From NCBI RefSeq assembly GCF_006345805.1, contig NC_043024.1:8122001-8186000 (forward strand): a stretch of 64,000 nt of DNA, read 5' to 3'. The translations under genes were made by a program, and so were the position numbers. Numbering within the stretch: position 1 is the first letter of the stretch; every line of letters begins with the position of its first letter. Below are positions 25,453 to 39,096 of this stretch, one piece after another. The DNA comes from Octopus sinensis (Eukaryota). The notes under the pieces were generated by a model. That model saw nothing but the letters and a program-made list of their open reading frames with translations, was not told the origin of the DNA and did no database searches.

Positions 25453-26412
25453 GGGCTCTGGTGAAAATCCTCGGAATGTCTGTTTCGGCAACCGGTGGAT
25501 CCTCGGTCGTTCTGTCCCTGACGTCTGTGGACAATCTGCGGCAAACAGGATGTCTCTACATGCGGGATTGTTGGGGACCGCTTGTAAAATCCACATATTC
25601 CCACGAAACTTTTTCCATGTCCTTCGGTTTCAGATTTGCATAATAATGTCTCCTTGTCATCTATTCCCCAGGGAGATGTGTCCACAACAACAAGTTTATA
25701 ATTTCTTACTGGACCCTTTTCTCTTCCCCTCTGTTGCTTATTCCTTTGAAAATCATGAATACCACAACATCCCATTTCTGATTGGAGCAATGCTAGCTGC
25801 ATTTCTTTCTAGCCTTGCATGATTTCTGCATTCAAGGCCCATGTCTCACTACCATGCATCATATCCCCAAAGTCCATCCCCTCCTCACAGTGGTGGATTG
25901 GTCTGACACCGAGTGGTATTAGGGCCACAACCCGGCAGACGGGGCTCTGGTGAAAATCCTCGGAGTGTCTGTTTCGGCAACTGGCGGCTCCTTGGTTGTT
26001 CTGTTCCTGCGTCTGCGGACAACCTGTAGCAAACAGGATGTCTCTACATGCAGGATTGTTGGGAACAATGAAGGCGCCCCGAAAGGCACCCAAAGTTAGA
26101 TAATGAAGGCGTCCCCAACGTCCATCCCCTCCTCACCATTGTGGAGACGCTGGCAACGGGTAGTGTCAGAGCGATGCCGTCGGGAACTTCGGTTCCTGGT
26201 AGGGCCACCCAAGGTGCATTGGTCTGACACCGAGTGGTATTAGGGCCACAACCCGGTGAAAATCCTTGGAGTGTCTGTTTCACCGACCGGCGGCTCCTCG
26301 GTCATTCTGTCCCTGCGTCTGCGGACAATCTGTACAGGATGTCGGTACATGTGGGATTGTTGGGGACCGCTTGTGAAATCCACATATTCCCACGAAACTT
26401 CTTCCACTGCCA
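25453..26412 (-). mobile_element. Triplicated relic, possibly Ty3/Gypsy RT-RNaseH connection
   Basis: 'ggtgaaaatcct(c/t)gga..gtctgtttc...' at ~25460, ~25949 and ~26255. Minus-strand GKSFVGICGFYKR resembles Gypsy RSFLGxxGYYRRF; heavily frameshifted. Confidence 0.35.
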
Positions 26413-26495
26413 TGGTTCATGATGCCTCGAGGGTGGTAGAAGAAGCCGACTCAACCCACCCAGGGGAAATGTCGCCACAAGTAAGTACAAGTAAG

Positions 26496-26937
26496 AAACT
26501 CCGATGCCTGGCAGCTGACTTGGCAGACACTCATAAAATTATCAACCATCGTACAAACAATAACTCTGAGCACCTTTTCAAACTCCACCCGTCTAACACC
26601 CATGGACATATTTACAAAGTCAGAAAACAACAGCTCCCATGACTTCAGGAAACATTTTTTCACGCTGAGAGTTGCTGAAGCATGGAACAAACTGCCGGCA
26701 TCAGTTGTTATTTGTCGGAGCACTGCATCCTTCAAAACTTCCATGCTTCCTGAGATTCGCCAACACTACACCTGATTTTCTCTCCTCCATACACACACAA
26801 GCATGTATCTGACTCATACATTGTTCGCTTTCCAGACATTTCTACATTACTGCATATGCTTTATACACACTTTTGACAAGTTGTGGTTCACCTGAGCACT
26901 GTATACAATAATTTTATTATTATTATTATTATTATTA
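26496..26937 (+). mobile_element. CR1-clade LINE 3' end
   Basis: KLRCLAADLADTHKIINH...RVAEAWNKLPASVV, same family as 4826-5428, with (ATT)n tail. Confidence 0.8.
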
Positions 26938-27934
26938 TAAGATAATGAAGGCATGTGGCTTACTGTTTAGAGTGCTCAGCTAATGATCACAAGGTTGTGA
27001 GTTCAATCCTCAGTGACATGTTGTGTTCTTGAGCAAGACACTTCATTTCATGTTGCTCCAGTCCACTCAGCTGCCAAAAATGAATTGTACTGTATTTCAA
27101 AGGGCCACCCTTGTCACACTCAATCATGCAGAATCTCCCTGAGAACTACATTAAATGTATGCGTGTCTGTGGAATACTCAGCCACTTGCATGTTAATTTC
27201 ATGAGCAGGCTGTTCTGCTGATCAGATCAATAGGAATCGATATCATAATTGGAGCGCCAGTTTAGCCCTAGGTTGGACCCCATTGAGCAGACCAATCGTA
27301 AAGAACCTACGAGACTTCCTGAATGGTAAAATGAAAATGTAAGTGAATTTTGTAGCGTGGCCTGTCACGTTTCATGTGGCCCACTTCTTGGAAAAGGCTG
27401 ACTGCCTAGTGTAGCCCCATGCTCAAAGGTATTTCCGCTAACTTATCTGATGTAGGAAAGGATCGCAAAACAGATTCTTCAATCTGAGACAAACAGCAGG
27501 AGACCGAGAATGGTCATACTTGGGAATCCATCCGGAAAGTATAATGAGAGTTGCATCTGATGGGATCCTCTGGAGGAGGTGCCTGAGGACTCTGTTCCTA
27601 TATATATGTATGTCACCGTCACCATTAACCGACCAGGCTATCAGATGTTGCTACACATCGCTGGTCACAATGCGCTTTTGCATTATTTTAGCCTTCAAAT
27701 GACGTTACCCCGCTGGCTAAGCGAGCAGGCCAACAGAAGAAAGAGTGAGAGAAAGTTGTGGAGCGAAAGAGTACAGCAGGGACCACCACCATCCCCTGCC
27801 GGAGCCTCGAAGGCCTTTTAGGTGTTTACGCTCAATAAACACTCACAACGCCCGGTCTGGGAATCGTAACTGCGAGTTCGCTACCCTAACCACTGGGCCA
27901 TTGCGCCTCCACCTATATATATATATATATATAT

Positions 27935-29535
27935 ATCACCGTGACCGACCAGGCTATCAGATGTTGCTACACATCGCTGGTCACAATGCGTTTCACATTG
28001 CTTTAGCCTTCAAATGACGCCACCCCGCTGGCTAAGCGAGCAGGCCAACAGAAGAAAGCGTGATAGAATGTTGTGGCAAAAGAGTACAGCAGGGATCGCC
28101 ACCACCTCCTGCCGGAGCCTCATGGAGCTTTAGATGTTTTCACTCAATAAACACTCACAACACCTGGTCTGGGAATCGAAACCGTGATCCTACAACCGCG
28201 AGTCCGCTGCCCTAACCACTGGGCCATTGCGCCTCCACTTATATATGTATGTATATGTGTGTGTGTTTATACATATATACAGGGTGCGGTGAATGTGGTT
28301 GTATGTATGTATGTATGTATCCATTTTTCCGATGGCCGGATAACTGCAGAGATGGCGGCGTGGATTTCCACCTCAGCATCCGAAACTCAGAGTTTTCTCA
28401 TAGCTACCGAATAATTGTCACATATTACATTTACAGATATATATACACATATATTATATATATATATATATCACCGTGACCGACCAGCTATCAGATGTTG
28501 TTACACATCGCTGGTCACAATGCGTTTCACATTGCTTTAGCCTTCAAATGACGCCACCCCGCTGGCTAAGCGAACAGGCCAACAGAAGAAAGAGTGAGAG
28601 AAAGTTGTGGAGCGAAAGAGTACAGCAGGGATCGCCACCATCCCCTGCCGGAGCCTCATAAAGCTTTTAGGTGTTTTCACTCAATAAACACTCACAACAC
28701 CTGGTCTGGGAATCGAAACCGTGATCCTACAACCGCGAGTCCGCTGCCCTAACCACTGGGCCATTGCGCCTCCACTTATATATGTATGTATATGTGTGTG
28801 TGTTTATACATATATACAGGGTGCGGTGAATGTGGTTGTATGTATGTATGTATGTATCCATTTTTTCCGATGGCCGGATAACTGCAGAGATGGCGGCGTG
28901 GATTTCCACCTCAGCATCCGAAACTCAGAGTTTTCTCATAGCTACCGAATAATTGTCACATATTACATTTACAGATATATATACACACATATTATATATA
29001 TATATATATCACCGTGACCGACCAGCTATCAGATGTTGTTACACATCGCTGGTCACAATGCGTTTCACATTGCTTTAGCCTTCAAATGACGCCACCCCGC
29101 TGGCTAAGCGAACAGGCCAACAGAAGAAAGAGTGAGAGAAAGTTGTGGAGCGAAAGAGTACAGCAGGGATCGCCACCACCTCCTGCCGGAGCCTCATGGA
29201 GCTTTTAGGTGTTTTCACTCAATAAACACTCACAACACCTGGTCTGGGAATCGAAACCGTGATCCTACAACCGCGAGTCCGCTGCCCTAACCACTGGGCC
29301 ATTGCGCCTCCACTTATATATGTATGTATATGTGTGTGTGTTTATACATATATACAGGGTGCGGTGAATGTGGTTGTATGTATGTATGTATGTATCCATT
29401 TTTCCGATGGCCGGATAACTGCAGAGATGGCGGCGTGGATTTCCACCTCAGCATCCGAAACTCAGAGTTTTCTCATAGCTACCGAATAATTGTCACATAT
29501 TACATTTACAGATATATATACACACATATATATAT
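27935..29535. repeat. ~538-bp tandem triplication (SINE-C on - strand plus unique block); an extra SINE-C at 27622-27913
   Basis: Near-identical ORFs start at 28184, 28721 and 29259 (spacing 537, 538). Confidence 0.9.
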
Positions 29536-29642
29536 ATATAACATGTATGTGTGTCTGTGTCTTCGTTAGCTTACACCGCTTGACAACCAGTATTGGTCTA
29601 TTTACGTCCCCGTAACTTAACAGTTCGGTAAAAGAGATTGTG

Positions 29643-30057
29643 GATCTTTTCGGTTTGAACGGCAGTTTTTAAAAATAATTTCCACATAACTAAAAAAATT
29701 TTAACTTCATATACTGGTAGAATGTGTTTGTAAAACATCTTTTTCTCTTGGCTTTATTGAGAAAATTCTATAGCTTGTAAGATATTTGTTGGTTTTTTTC
29801 TTCAATTTCTGCAATTTCAACCAATCAGTGACGTCCATTGAGGTAAACAACATTCTGTGCTGTATGAATATGTCCCTCGTTTAAGAAACAGATTGGGTTT
29901 ATTTACATTCGTGAAGAAGAAAAAAAAAATACCCTTCCCCCCCACCCCTAACCGTAAAACAGATTGAAATGCAATAGATCGATACTAGGGTCATAATTAT
30001 GGGTGACAATTTCATATGACACCGCTAGGAAAAACTGCCGTTCAAACCGAAAAGATC
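29643..30057. mobile_element. MITE with ~27-bp TIRs gatcttttcggtttgaacggcagtttt
   Basis: TIR pair visible. Further copies at 32055-32472 (inverted), 45185-45425 (internally deleted), 49936-50305 (truncated), and a solo TIR at ~46862-46888. TSD not resolved. Confidence 0.85.
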
Positions 30058-30642
30058 TGAAATCATACAAAACTGAAAAATTGAACATGAAAACGAAAAA
30101 ATTAAACATTTTATTGAATCTAATAACATTTTTATAACAAATCATAGCATTCCTATTGAGAATGGCCAAACGTCAACAATGTGATGAAGTATTGGATTAA
30201 AAGGATTTAATCCTTTTAATCCAATCTCTTGTCGACACATGAGCTCAACTTTTTAATGGTGAGATAACCCAGCTTTTTAATGGCAATTTTTTAATGGGGG
30301 TGAGATAACCAAAACGTACCAAAAATGCTAAAAAGCAGAGAAGATGGGTCGGTAGTGCAACCCGCTAATAATAGCAGCCAAATCTCTTATTTCTGTCAAT
30401 GCCTAACTTATCTTGTAAAGAATAAATTCGTCGACGCAGACGATCATGGTTGGGATTTCTTGATTATGCCCCCCGCCCCCCACTAGCTCGATCAGGGATC
30501 AAGCAACAGCAAAAAGAAATAAGGCTAAGCATCGAGGTTTGAAGCTTAGCAGTACAAGGGAGGCAAATCCAGTTTGCGGATGATCTCCCTTGGACTGCTT
30601 CTCGTTTTGAAATATTTATTGGAAGAGGTTGTATGTTTGCAT

Positions 30643-31650
30643 GCATGTGGGTACTACTTAAGAAGCGTGGTCCCGCTGCGCGCACTCGTGTACTCGCGCG
30701 AGCTAGTCGTGACTAGTCGATCCTACAACGACTACCTACCAAAGTAAATAAATACAAAATAAATAATTTTTTTGATCTTTTCCGTTTGAACGGCAGACAA
30801 TTTCTAGTTAATTAAACACTTTAAAACTTCGTATACTGGTAGAATGTGTCAAAATAAAACATTTTTTGGATCTTTTCCTTTTGAACGGCAGTTTTCAACA
30901 CAATTTCTAGTTAACTAAACACTTTAAAACTTCGTATACTGGTAGAATGTGTCAAAATAAAACATTTTTTGGATCTTTTCCTTTTGAACGGCAGTTTTCA
31001 ACACAATTTCTAGTTAACTAAACACTTTAAAACTTCGTATACTGGTAGAATGTGTCAAAATAAAACATTTTTTCTCTTGGCTTTCTTGAGAAAATTGCAA
31101 TTTGTTTGTTTAACGTAGTTTAATTTTTCGAATTTTAACCAATCAATTGTCTCTAATTGAGCTAAAATCATTTGCTGCGTCTAAAACTGAGACAACATCC
31201 TGTCACTAACCCTAACCCTAACCCATAGGATTGGTTAAAATTCGAAAAATTAAACTACGTTAAACAAACAAATTACAAATTTCTCAAGAAAGCCAAGAGA
31301 AAAAATGTTTTATTTTGACATATTCTACCAGTATACGAAGTTTAAAAGTGTTTAGTTAACAAGAAATTGTGTTGAAAACTGCTGTTCAAAAGGAAAAGAT
31401 CCAAAAATGTTTTATTTTGACACGTTCTACCAGAATACGAAGTTTTAAAGTGTTTAGTTAACTAGAAATTGTGTTGAAATCTGGCCTTCAAAAGGAAAAG
31501 ATCCAATTTTTTTAAACAAAGTAAATAATTTTTTTTTAAATGAAGTAAATAAAACACAAAATCACAAAGTAAGGATCGACTAGTCACGACTAGCTGGCGT
31601 GGATGCGCAAGTGCGTGCACTGGGACCACTCTTCTTAAATAGTACCATGC
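30643..31650. mobile_element. Nested foldback: outer ~80-bp imperfect TIRs enclosing a ~730-bp palindromic MITE derivative
   Basis: Outer arms 30643-30724 and 31572-31650 (core gctagtcgtgactagtcgatcct and its complement). Inner arms built from gatctttt..tttgaacggc units (3 left, 2 right) around a centre with ctaaccctaaccctaaccc. Confidence 0.8.
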
Positions 31651-32054
31651 CTGTATATATCTTACCACGCAGCAGCGAAACTGTAGCTGTGTGGTAAGGA
31701 GCTTGCTTCGCAACCACACGGTTCCGGGTTCAGTCCCACTGCGTGGCATCTTGGGCAAGTGTTTTCTACTGTAGTCTCGAGCTGACCAAAGCCTTGTGAG
31801 TGGATTTGGTGGATGAAAACTGAAAAAAACCTGTCGTATATGTCAGATTATATATACTCATTTGCATATAATAATGATTTAGAAGTCAAAGCAGTTCGTT
31901 ATTGAAAAATATTAACTTGGATTAAATACAATATTCTAAGTTAATATTTCAGCTATTTCGTTTTTGGATTTGGTTTGCAAGATTCTTTATGTGAGTTCGT
32001 GTGTTGAAGCATATTTTGTTGTGTCTGGGGAGAGTCATTCTCTTTTAGAACTTA

Positions 32055-32472
32055 GATCTTTTCGGTTTGACCAGCAGTTTTTTCTAGCGGCGTCATATGA
32101 AATTGTCACCCATAATTATGACCCTAGTATCGATCTATTGCATTTCAATCTGTTTTAGGGTTAGGGTTAGAGGTCGGGGTAAGGGTATCTTTTTTTGTTC
32201 AGAAATGTAAATAAACCCAATCTGATTCTTAAACGAGGGACATATTCATACGGCACAGAATGATTTTTTTACCTCAGTTGATGTCATTGATTGGTTGAAA
32301 TTGCAGAAATTGAAGAAAAAACAACAACAAATATCTTACAAACTATAGAATTTTCTCAATAAAGCCAAGAGAAAAAGATGTTTTATAAACACATTCTACC
32401 AGTATACGAAGTTTAAAATTTTTTAGTTACCTAGAAATTATTTTAAAAACTGCCGTTCAAACGGAAAAGATC
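32055..32472. mobile_element. MITE copy (same family as 29643-30057)
   Basis: TIRs agatcttttcggtttgaccagcagttttt and aaaactgccgttcaaacggaaaagatcc. Confidence 0.85.
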
Positions 32473-32524
32473 CTAAAGCTTTATTATTTAAAACATTTGC
32501 CGTTTCGCTTTCCACTCATTTAGT

Positions 32525-33612
32525 TACTCTTTTACTTGTTTCAGTCATTTGACTGCGGCCATGCTGGAGCACCGCCTTTAGTCGAGCAACTCAACCCCGG
32601 GACTTATTCTTTGTAAGCCCAGTACTTATTCTATTGGTCTCTTTTGCCGAACCGCTATGTGACGGGAACGTAAACACACCAGCATCGGTTGTCAAGCAAT
32701 GCTAGGGAGACAAACACAGACACACAAACACACACGCACACATACATATATATACATATATACGACAGGCTTCTTTCAGTTTCCGTCTACCAAATCCACT
32801 CACAAGGCATTGGTCGGCCCGGGGCTCTAGCAGAAGACACTTGCCCAAGATGCCACGCAGTGGGACTGAACCCGGAACCATGTGGTTGGTTTTAGCAAGC
32901 TACTTACCACACAGCCACTCCTGCGCCTAGTTATTTATTTTTTCTAAAATTTTCGTTACGTCTTGCAACTTTTTCGATAGTCGTTGACTCTGGATTTGGT
33001 GGATAGAAACCGAAAGAAGTCGTATATGTGTGTGTTTATGTTTGCCCCCCCCCCCTCCTCCAACATAGCTTGACAACCGATGCTGGTGTGTTTACGTCCC
33101 CCGTAACTTAGCGGTTCCATACACACACTTCATATTGTACAATAACATATGAAACTCCAACTAATATTACTTCCATGATAAAGGTGGTGAGCTGGCATAC
33201 GTGCAGGAGTGGCTGTGTGGTAAGTAGCTTGCTTACCAACCACATGGTTCTGAGTTCAGTCCCAGTGCATGGCATCTTGGGCAAGCGTCTTCTGCTATAG
33301 CCACGGGCCGACCAATACCTTATGAGTGGATTTGGTTGACGGAAGCTGAAGGAAGCATATCATATATATATATACATATATATACACATATATGTATGAG
33401 TGTGTGTGTGTCTGTGTTTGTCTCCCTACCATTGTTTGACAACCAATGCTGGTGTGTTTACGACCACCGTAACTTAACAGTTCAGCAAAAGAGACCGATA
33501 GAATAAGTACTAGGCTTACAAAGAATAAGTCCTAGGGTCGATTTGTTCAACTAAAGGCAGTGCTCCAGCATGGCCACAGTCAAATGACTGAAACAAGTAA
33601 AAGAGTAAAAGA
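32525..33612. mobile_element. Two divergently oriented SINE-A copies (32525-32928 -, 33201-33612 +) with a fragment between
   Basis: Head and tail motifs as above. Confidence 0.8.
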
Positions 33613-33889
33613 ATGCTAGCCAAAATGCTTAGCAGAATTTCGTCTGTCTTTACAATCTGAGTTCAAATTCTGCTAAGGTTTACTTTGCCTTTCATCCGTT
33701 CAGGGTCAATGAAATAAGTACCAGTTGTGTACTGGGATCGATGTAATTGATTTATCCCTTCCCCACAAAATTGCTGGCCTTGTGCCAAAATTTGAAACCA
33801 GTTTTACTTTCATTATAGTTGGAGATCTTCCATCCTCACCATCACCTTTATTTCCAAGTCTATTTTCTATGAAGAACATTCACTTGCTA

Positions 33890-35555
33890 TTTCTTATTTC
33901 TTTACTGCCCACAAGGGGCTAAACACAGACAGGACAAACAAGGACAGACAAACAGATTAAGTTAATTTTATTGATCCCAGTGCGTAACTGGTACTTATTT
34001 AATTGACCCCGAAATGATGAAAGGCAATGTCGACCTCGGCAGAATTTGAACTCAGAATGTAAAGATAGACGATATACCTATTTCTTTACTACCCACAAGG
34101 GGCTAAACACAGAGAGGACAGACAAATGGATTAAGTCGATTATATCAACCCCAGTGTGTAACTGGTACTTATTTAATCGACCCCGAAAGGATGAAAGGCA
34201 AAGTCGACCTCGGCAGAATTTTAACTCAGAATGTAAAGACAGACGAAATACCTATTTCTTTACTACCCACAAGGGGCTAAACACAGAGGGGACAAACAAG
34301 GACAGACAAACGGATTAAGTCGATTATATCGACCCCAGTGTGTAACTGGTACTTAATTTATCGACCCTGAAAGGATGAAAGGCAAAGTCGTCCTCAGCGG
34401 AATTTGAACTCAGAATGTAACGGCAGATGAAATACCACTAAGCATTTCCCCCAGTGTGGTAACGTTTTTGCCAGCTAGCCGCCTTTATTTGCTATTTCTA
34501 GCATGTTAAAAGACCATGCAGGGGCTTCTTCAACAACTCGTATCAAATTTACTATTTCACTGTTCTAAACTCAATTCCTGCCAGAGTACACATCTCCCCT
34601 CCTAGGGCAGTAAAATATAACAAATATAGTATGATGTTTACCAAAACAACTTCCAGTTGAGGAAACCAAAAAAAAAAAAAAAAAATAAAGACAAAATTGC
34701 TGATATTTAATTAGGCACGTGTTAATCATGACACAATTAGTGATAAATTAAACAATTAGCAGTTTAATTACTGCTATTTTATCACATGTTGACAAGCGTA
34801 ATTAACAGATAAAATAAAAAATCTAATCGAATGTTGGTTTTTTGTTGACTTTTTTATTTTGCTAAGATATTGTTTGTTTGAACTGTGTTACTCAGAGACA
34901 CGATCTGCAGCAAAAAGACAATAGTTAAGTTAGTTTTATTATAGTTGACAGAAGGAGAAACTTATATTCTTAAGTTGGCAAGCTGGCTGAAATGTTAGCA
35001 AAGATTCCACCGAGGTCAACTTTGCCTTTCATCCTTTTGGGGTCGATAAATTAAGTACCAGTTATGCACTGGCGTTGATGTAATCGACTTAATGCCTTTG
35101 TCTGTCCTTGTTTGTCCCCTCTGTGTTTAACCCCTTGTGAGCAATAAAGAAATAACAAGCGTTAGCATGCTGGGCGAAGTACGTAGCCGTATTTTGTCTG
35201 CCGTTACGTTCTGAGTTCAAATTCCGCCGAGGTCAACTTTTCCTTTCATCCTTTCGGGGTCGATAAATTAAGTACCAGTTATGCACTGGTGTCGATGTAA
35301 TCGACTTAATCCGTTTGTCTGTCCTTGTTTGTCTTCTCTGTGTGTAGCCCCTTGTGGGTAGTAAAGAAATAGGTATTTCGGCTGCCATTATGTTCTGAGT
35401 TCAAATTCCGCCAAGGTCGTCTTTACCTTTCATCCTTTTGGGGTCGATAAATTAAGTACCAGTTATGCACTGGGGTCGATGTAATCAACTTAATGCCTTT
35501 GTCTGTCCTTGTTTGTCCCCTCTATGTTTAGCCCTTTGTGGGTAGTAAAGAAATA
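33890..35555. mobile_element. Two SINE-D tandem arrays, head to head (33890-34485 -, 34975-35555 +)
   Basis: About 3 body units each; a single head at the 5' end of each array. Confidence 0.8.
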
Positions 35556-35639
35556 AGAAACTTATATTCCTAAGTTGAAATAATGTCAAGAGCAAGGAAA
35601 GGATAATGTTTGTGTGTATGTGTTTGTCCCTCCACCATC

Positions 35640-35729
35640 GCTGTTGTCATCACCACCACCACCACAAAGATCCTCCTCCTCTTTATCATAATCATGATGA
35701 TGATGATGATGATGATAATGATCATATCG

Positions 35730-35760
<31 letters not shown>

Positions 35761-36130
35761 CATGATCATGATCATCACCATCATCATCATCATCACCATC
35801 ATGATCATGATCATCATGATCATCATCATGAACATCATCACCATCATCATGATGATGATCATCATCATGATCATCATCATCATCACCACCATCATCGTCA
35901 TCATTGTCGTTGTCATCATCGTTGTCGTCATCATCGTCGTCATCATCATCACCACCACAAAGATCCTCCTCTTCATCATCAACATTGTTGTCTTCGTCAT
36001 CATCATCACCATCACCACCATTACCACAAAGACTAGCTCCTCTCCCTTCTCCCCCTCCTCCTCCACATTCTCATCCTCACCACCACCATCACCACTACCA
36101 TTATTGTCATTGTTGTCGTCTACGTTGTCA
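35640..36130. repeat. (CAT)n-rich low complexity
   Basis: Directly visible. Confidence 0.9.
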
Positions 36131-36334
36131 TCACTGTTGGTATTGTCATGTCATCCTTTTAACAGCCACTTTTCCATGCTTACCTGGGTCAGGTAAAATT
36201 ACTTGAGGCTGGTATTTTTACCGTCTGATGCCCTTCCTGTCGCCAACCCTCACCTGTCCCTGAGCAAGGTAATAATATTTCTCCATGGCCAGACATTTTT
36301 TCATTAAAGCCTGGAAACGAACAACTGTGCTTAT

Positions 36335-36915
36335 CATCATCATCATTGTCGTCATCGTTTAACGTCCGCTTTCCATGCTGGCATGGGTTGGACGGTTCGA
36401 CCAGGGTCTGGGAAGCCAGAAGGCTGCACCAGGTCCAGTCTGATCTGGCAGTGTTTCTACAGCTGGATGCCCTTCCTAACGCCAACCACTCCGCGAGTGT
36501 AGTGGGTGCTTTTTACGTGCCACCAGCACGGGGGCCAGGTGAGGCTGGCAAACGGCGGCCACGATCGGATGGTGCTTTTTATGTGCCACTGGCACAGAGG
36601 CCAGGCGAGGCTGGCAATGGCCACGTTCGGATGGTGCTTTTTACGTGCTGCCGGCACAGAGGCCAGGTGAGGCTGGCAACGGCCACGATCAGATGGTGCT
36701 TTTTACGTGCCACCAGCACAGAGGCCAGGCGAGGCTGGCAACGGCTACGGTCGGATGGTGCTTTTTATGTGCCACCGGCAACGCTGGTAAATGGCCACGA
36801 TCAGTTGGTACTTTTTATGTGCCACCGGCATGGAGGCCAGTCGGGGCGGCGCTGGCAACGACCACGTTCGGATGGTTCTCTTATGTGCCACCGGCAGTGG
36901 TATCACAGCTACAAT
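36335..36915 (-). mobile_element. SINE-B with about 6 tandem ~62-bp internal units
   Basis: 'gtgcttttta(c/t)gtgcc...gaggctggcaa..gccacgatcggatg' repeated from ~36505 to ~36890. Confidence 0.8.
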
Positions 36916-37384
36916 TTCCATTGATGTTGATTGATTTTGATTTTGATTCTGATTGTGCTTATGAGATGGTAAAACAGAAAAAAGGCAAACAACAAAAATA
37001 CTTCAAAATTGTTGAGTTTTTTTTTTTTAAACCTATAGATATGGTAAAGAAAGCTGGGGGACAGTGTAATTATTAAACAAATTGGAAGTATGATATTCCT
37101 GGTAAGAGGGAAAAATATCAAACATAAAAGACATATTAACCAACATAAAAAAAGATTCAAGGAAAAAACAATCACGAGAAATGAAATCCCCATGGAAGTA
37201 TTGTATGACACATTTGAGGTACCAGCACCCAAACAATTTGAAACTACATGTTCCAGCACCAGGAAAAGGAAAAGAATGGAAACACTGGAATTGAACCGTA
37301 AGCATAAGAGATATTAAAACTGAGCGGAGTTTAAGTCTCAATAGGAGAGAAGTTAAGTTAATTTTTTGGCTCAAAAATAAAAAG

Positions 37385-37812
37385 CAAGGCCTTGTAGGGG
37401 GACATAGAGTTATGTACAGGGAGGGTGTTCATGCAAAGAGTTCAGGCCATTTCTGGTCAAGAGAGACTTTGAACCGAGCGGTCATTGGCATCTTCACTAT
37501 CTCGGCTGGCAGCTTATTCCACGGATCTGCAAAACAGACGGAGAAAGCCCCTCTCCTTCGATTGAGATGAAATCGTCGCAGACAGAGCTTTTTGGAGTGA
37601 CTCTGCAGCCGACGCTCTGGAGCAGGAGTGAAGAACAGCTCTTTCGAGAGGTTATACTTTCCGCTTATGATGTTGTGAATGAGAATGAGATCACCACGGC
37701 GTCGTCATTTTTCTAGAGAATAAAGGTCGAGCGTCTTCAGCCTTTCTTCATGAGACAAATGCTTGAGACCAAGAACCATGCGGGTAGCCAGCTTCTGGAC
37801 TCTTTCGAGATG
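37385..37812 (-). mobile_element. CR1-clade LINE 3' end, second family
   Basis: Minus-strand [47 protein letters not shown]...DPWNKLPAEIV matches the CR1 ORF2 C-terminus. Confidence 0.85.
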
Positions 37813-38095
37813 ATGTATGTCTTTGAGGAGATAAGGAGAAGAGGCCTGAATCCCAGGAGACTAATTCTAAAAAGGGGAGATTTTGTGGAAGGAGTCCGAC
37901 CACCCCATGTGACTAAAAGTGGACTGACACATTGCTATAAAATAAAGAACTATGAGCAATTGAGGAAGCAGTTCACTGTGAGCTGTTGGCAGAAAGCATT
38001 TAACTTTGTGTAACAGGAATTGTATTGTGTTTTGTGAATACTTTCTTTACCCCTGTTTCGTTAAATTATTTATTCAATACCAGGATATAAAAAGA

Positions 38096-39096
38096 ACAGC
38101 AGGCTGTGTGGTAAGTAGCTTGCTTACCAACCACATGGTTCCAGGTTCAGTCCCATTGCGTGGCATCTTGGGCAAGTGTCTTCCACTATAGCCTCCGGCC
38201 GACCAAAGCCTTGTGAGTGGATTTGGTAGACGGAAACTGAAAGAAGCCTGTCGTATATATGTATATATATATATATGTGTGCGTGTATGTTTGTGTGTCT
38301 GTGTTTGTCCCCCTAGCATTGCTTGACAACCGATGCTGGTGTGTTTATGTCCCCCGTCACGTAGCAGTTTGGCAAAAGAGACCGATAGAATAAGTACTGG
38401 GCTTACAAAGAATAAGTCCCGGGGTCGAGTTGCTCAACTAAAGACGGTGCTCCAGCATGGCTGCAGTCAACTGACTGAAACAAGTAAAAGAGAGAGAGTA
38501 ACGATACTAAGGAAGTAAAAACTTAGAGACACAAATACACCACTACCACTGCAACTGCCGCAACAACTATTTCCACTGCAACGGAGTTTCTTTTGCGATT
38601 GCTACAAGAAATTTGGAAGATTTCTGCATAGACGAAGATTTTAAAATGGCCAGGAAAATTTTAAAAAGGAATGGGAGAAGGATAGCTATAAACCCTCCTT
38701 CTGACATGATATAGGAGCACTCCGTCGGTTGTGACGATGAGGGTCCCAGCTGATACGATCAACCGAACAGTTTGCTCGTGTTATTAACGTGCAAGTGGCT
38801 GAGCACTCCACAGAAACGTGTACCCTTAACATAGTTCTTGAGGAGATTCAGCATGACACAGAGTGTGACAAGGCCGGCCCTTTGAAATACAGGTACAAGA
38901 GAAACAGGAAGAAAGAGCGAGAGAAAGTTGTGGTGAAAGAGTACAGCAGGGTTCACCACCACCCCCTGCCGGAGCATCGTGGAGCTTTAGGTGTTGTTGC
39001 TCAATAAACACTCACAACGCCCGGTCTGGGAATCGAAACCGCGATCCTCCGACCGCGAGTCCGCTGCCCTAACCACTGGGCCATTGCGCCTCCACT
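38096..39096. mobile_element. SINE-A (+, 38096-38495) and long SINE-C variant (-, 38715-39096)
   Basis: Family motifs as above; the SINE-C body also occurs at 46905-47292 and 63352-64000. Confidence 0.8.

Noticed and set aside
30540-30600. IQFADDL as a reverse transcriptase motif
   Set aside because: Isolated 7-residue match with no other RT motifs in frame.
36909-37374. Overlapping 75-116-aa ORFs in AT-rich unique DNA
   Set aside because: No recognisable domain or splice support; lengths are within chance expectation.
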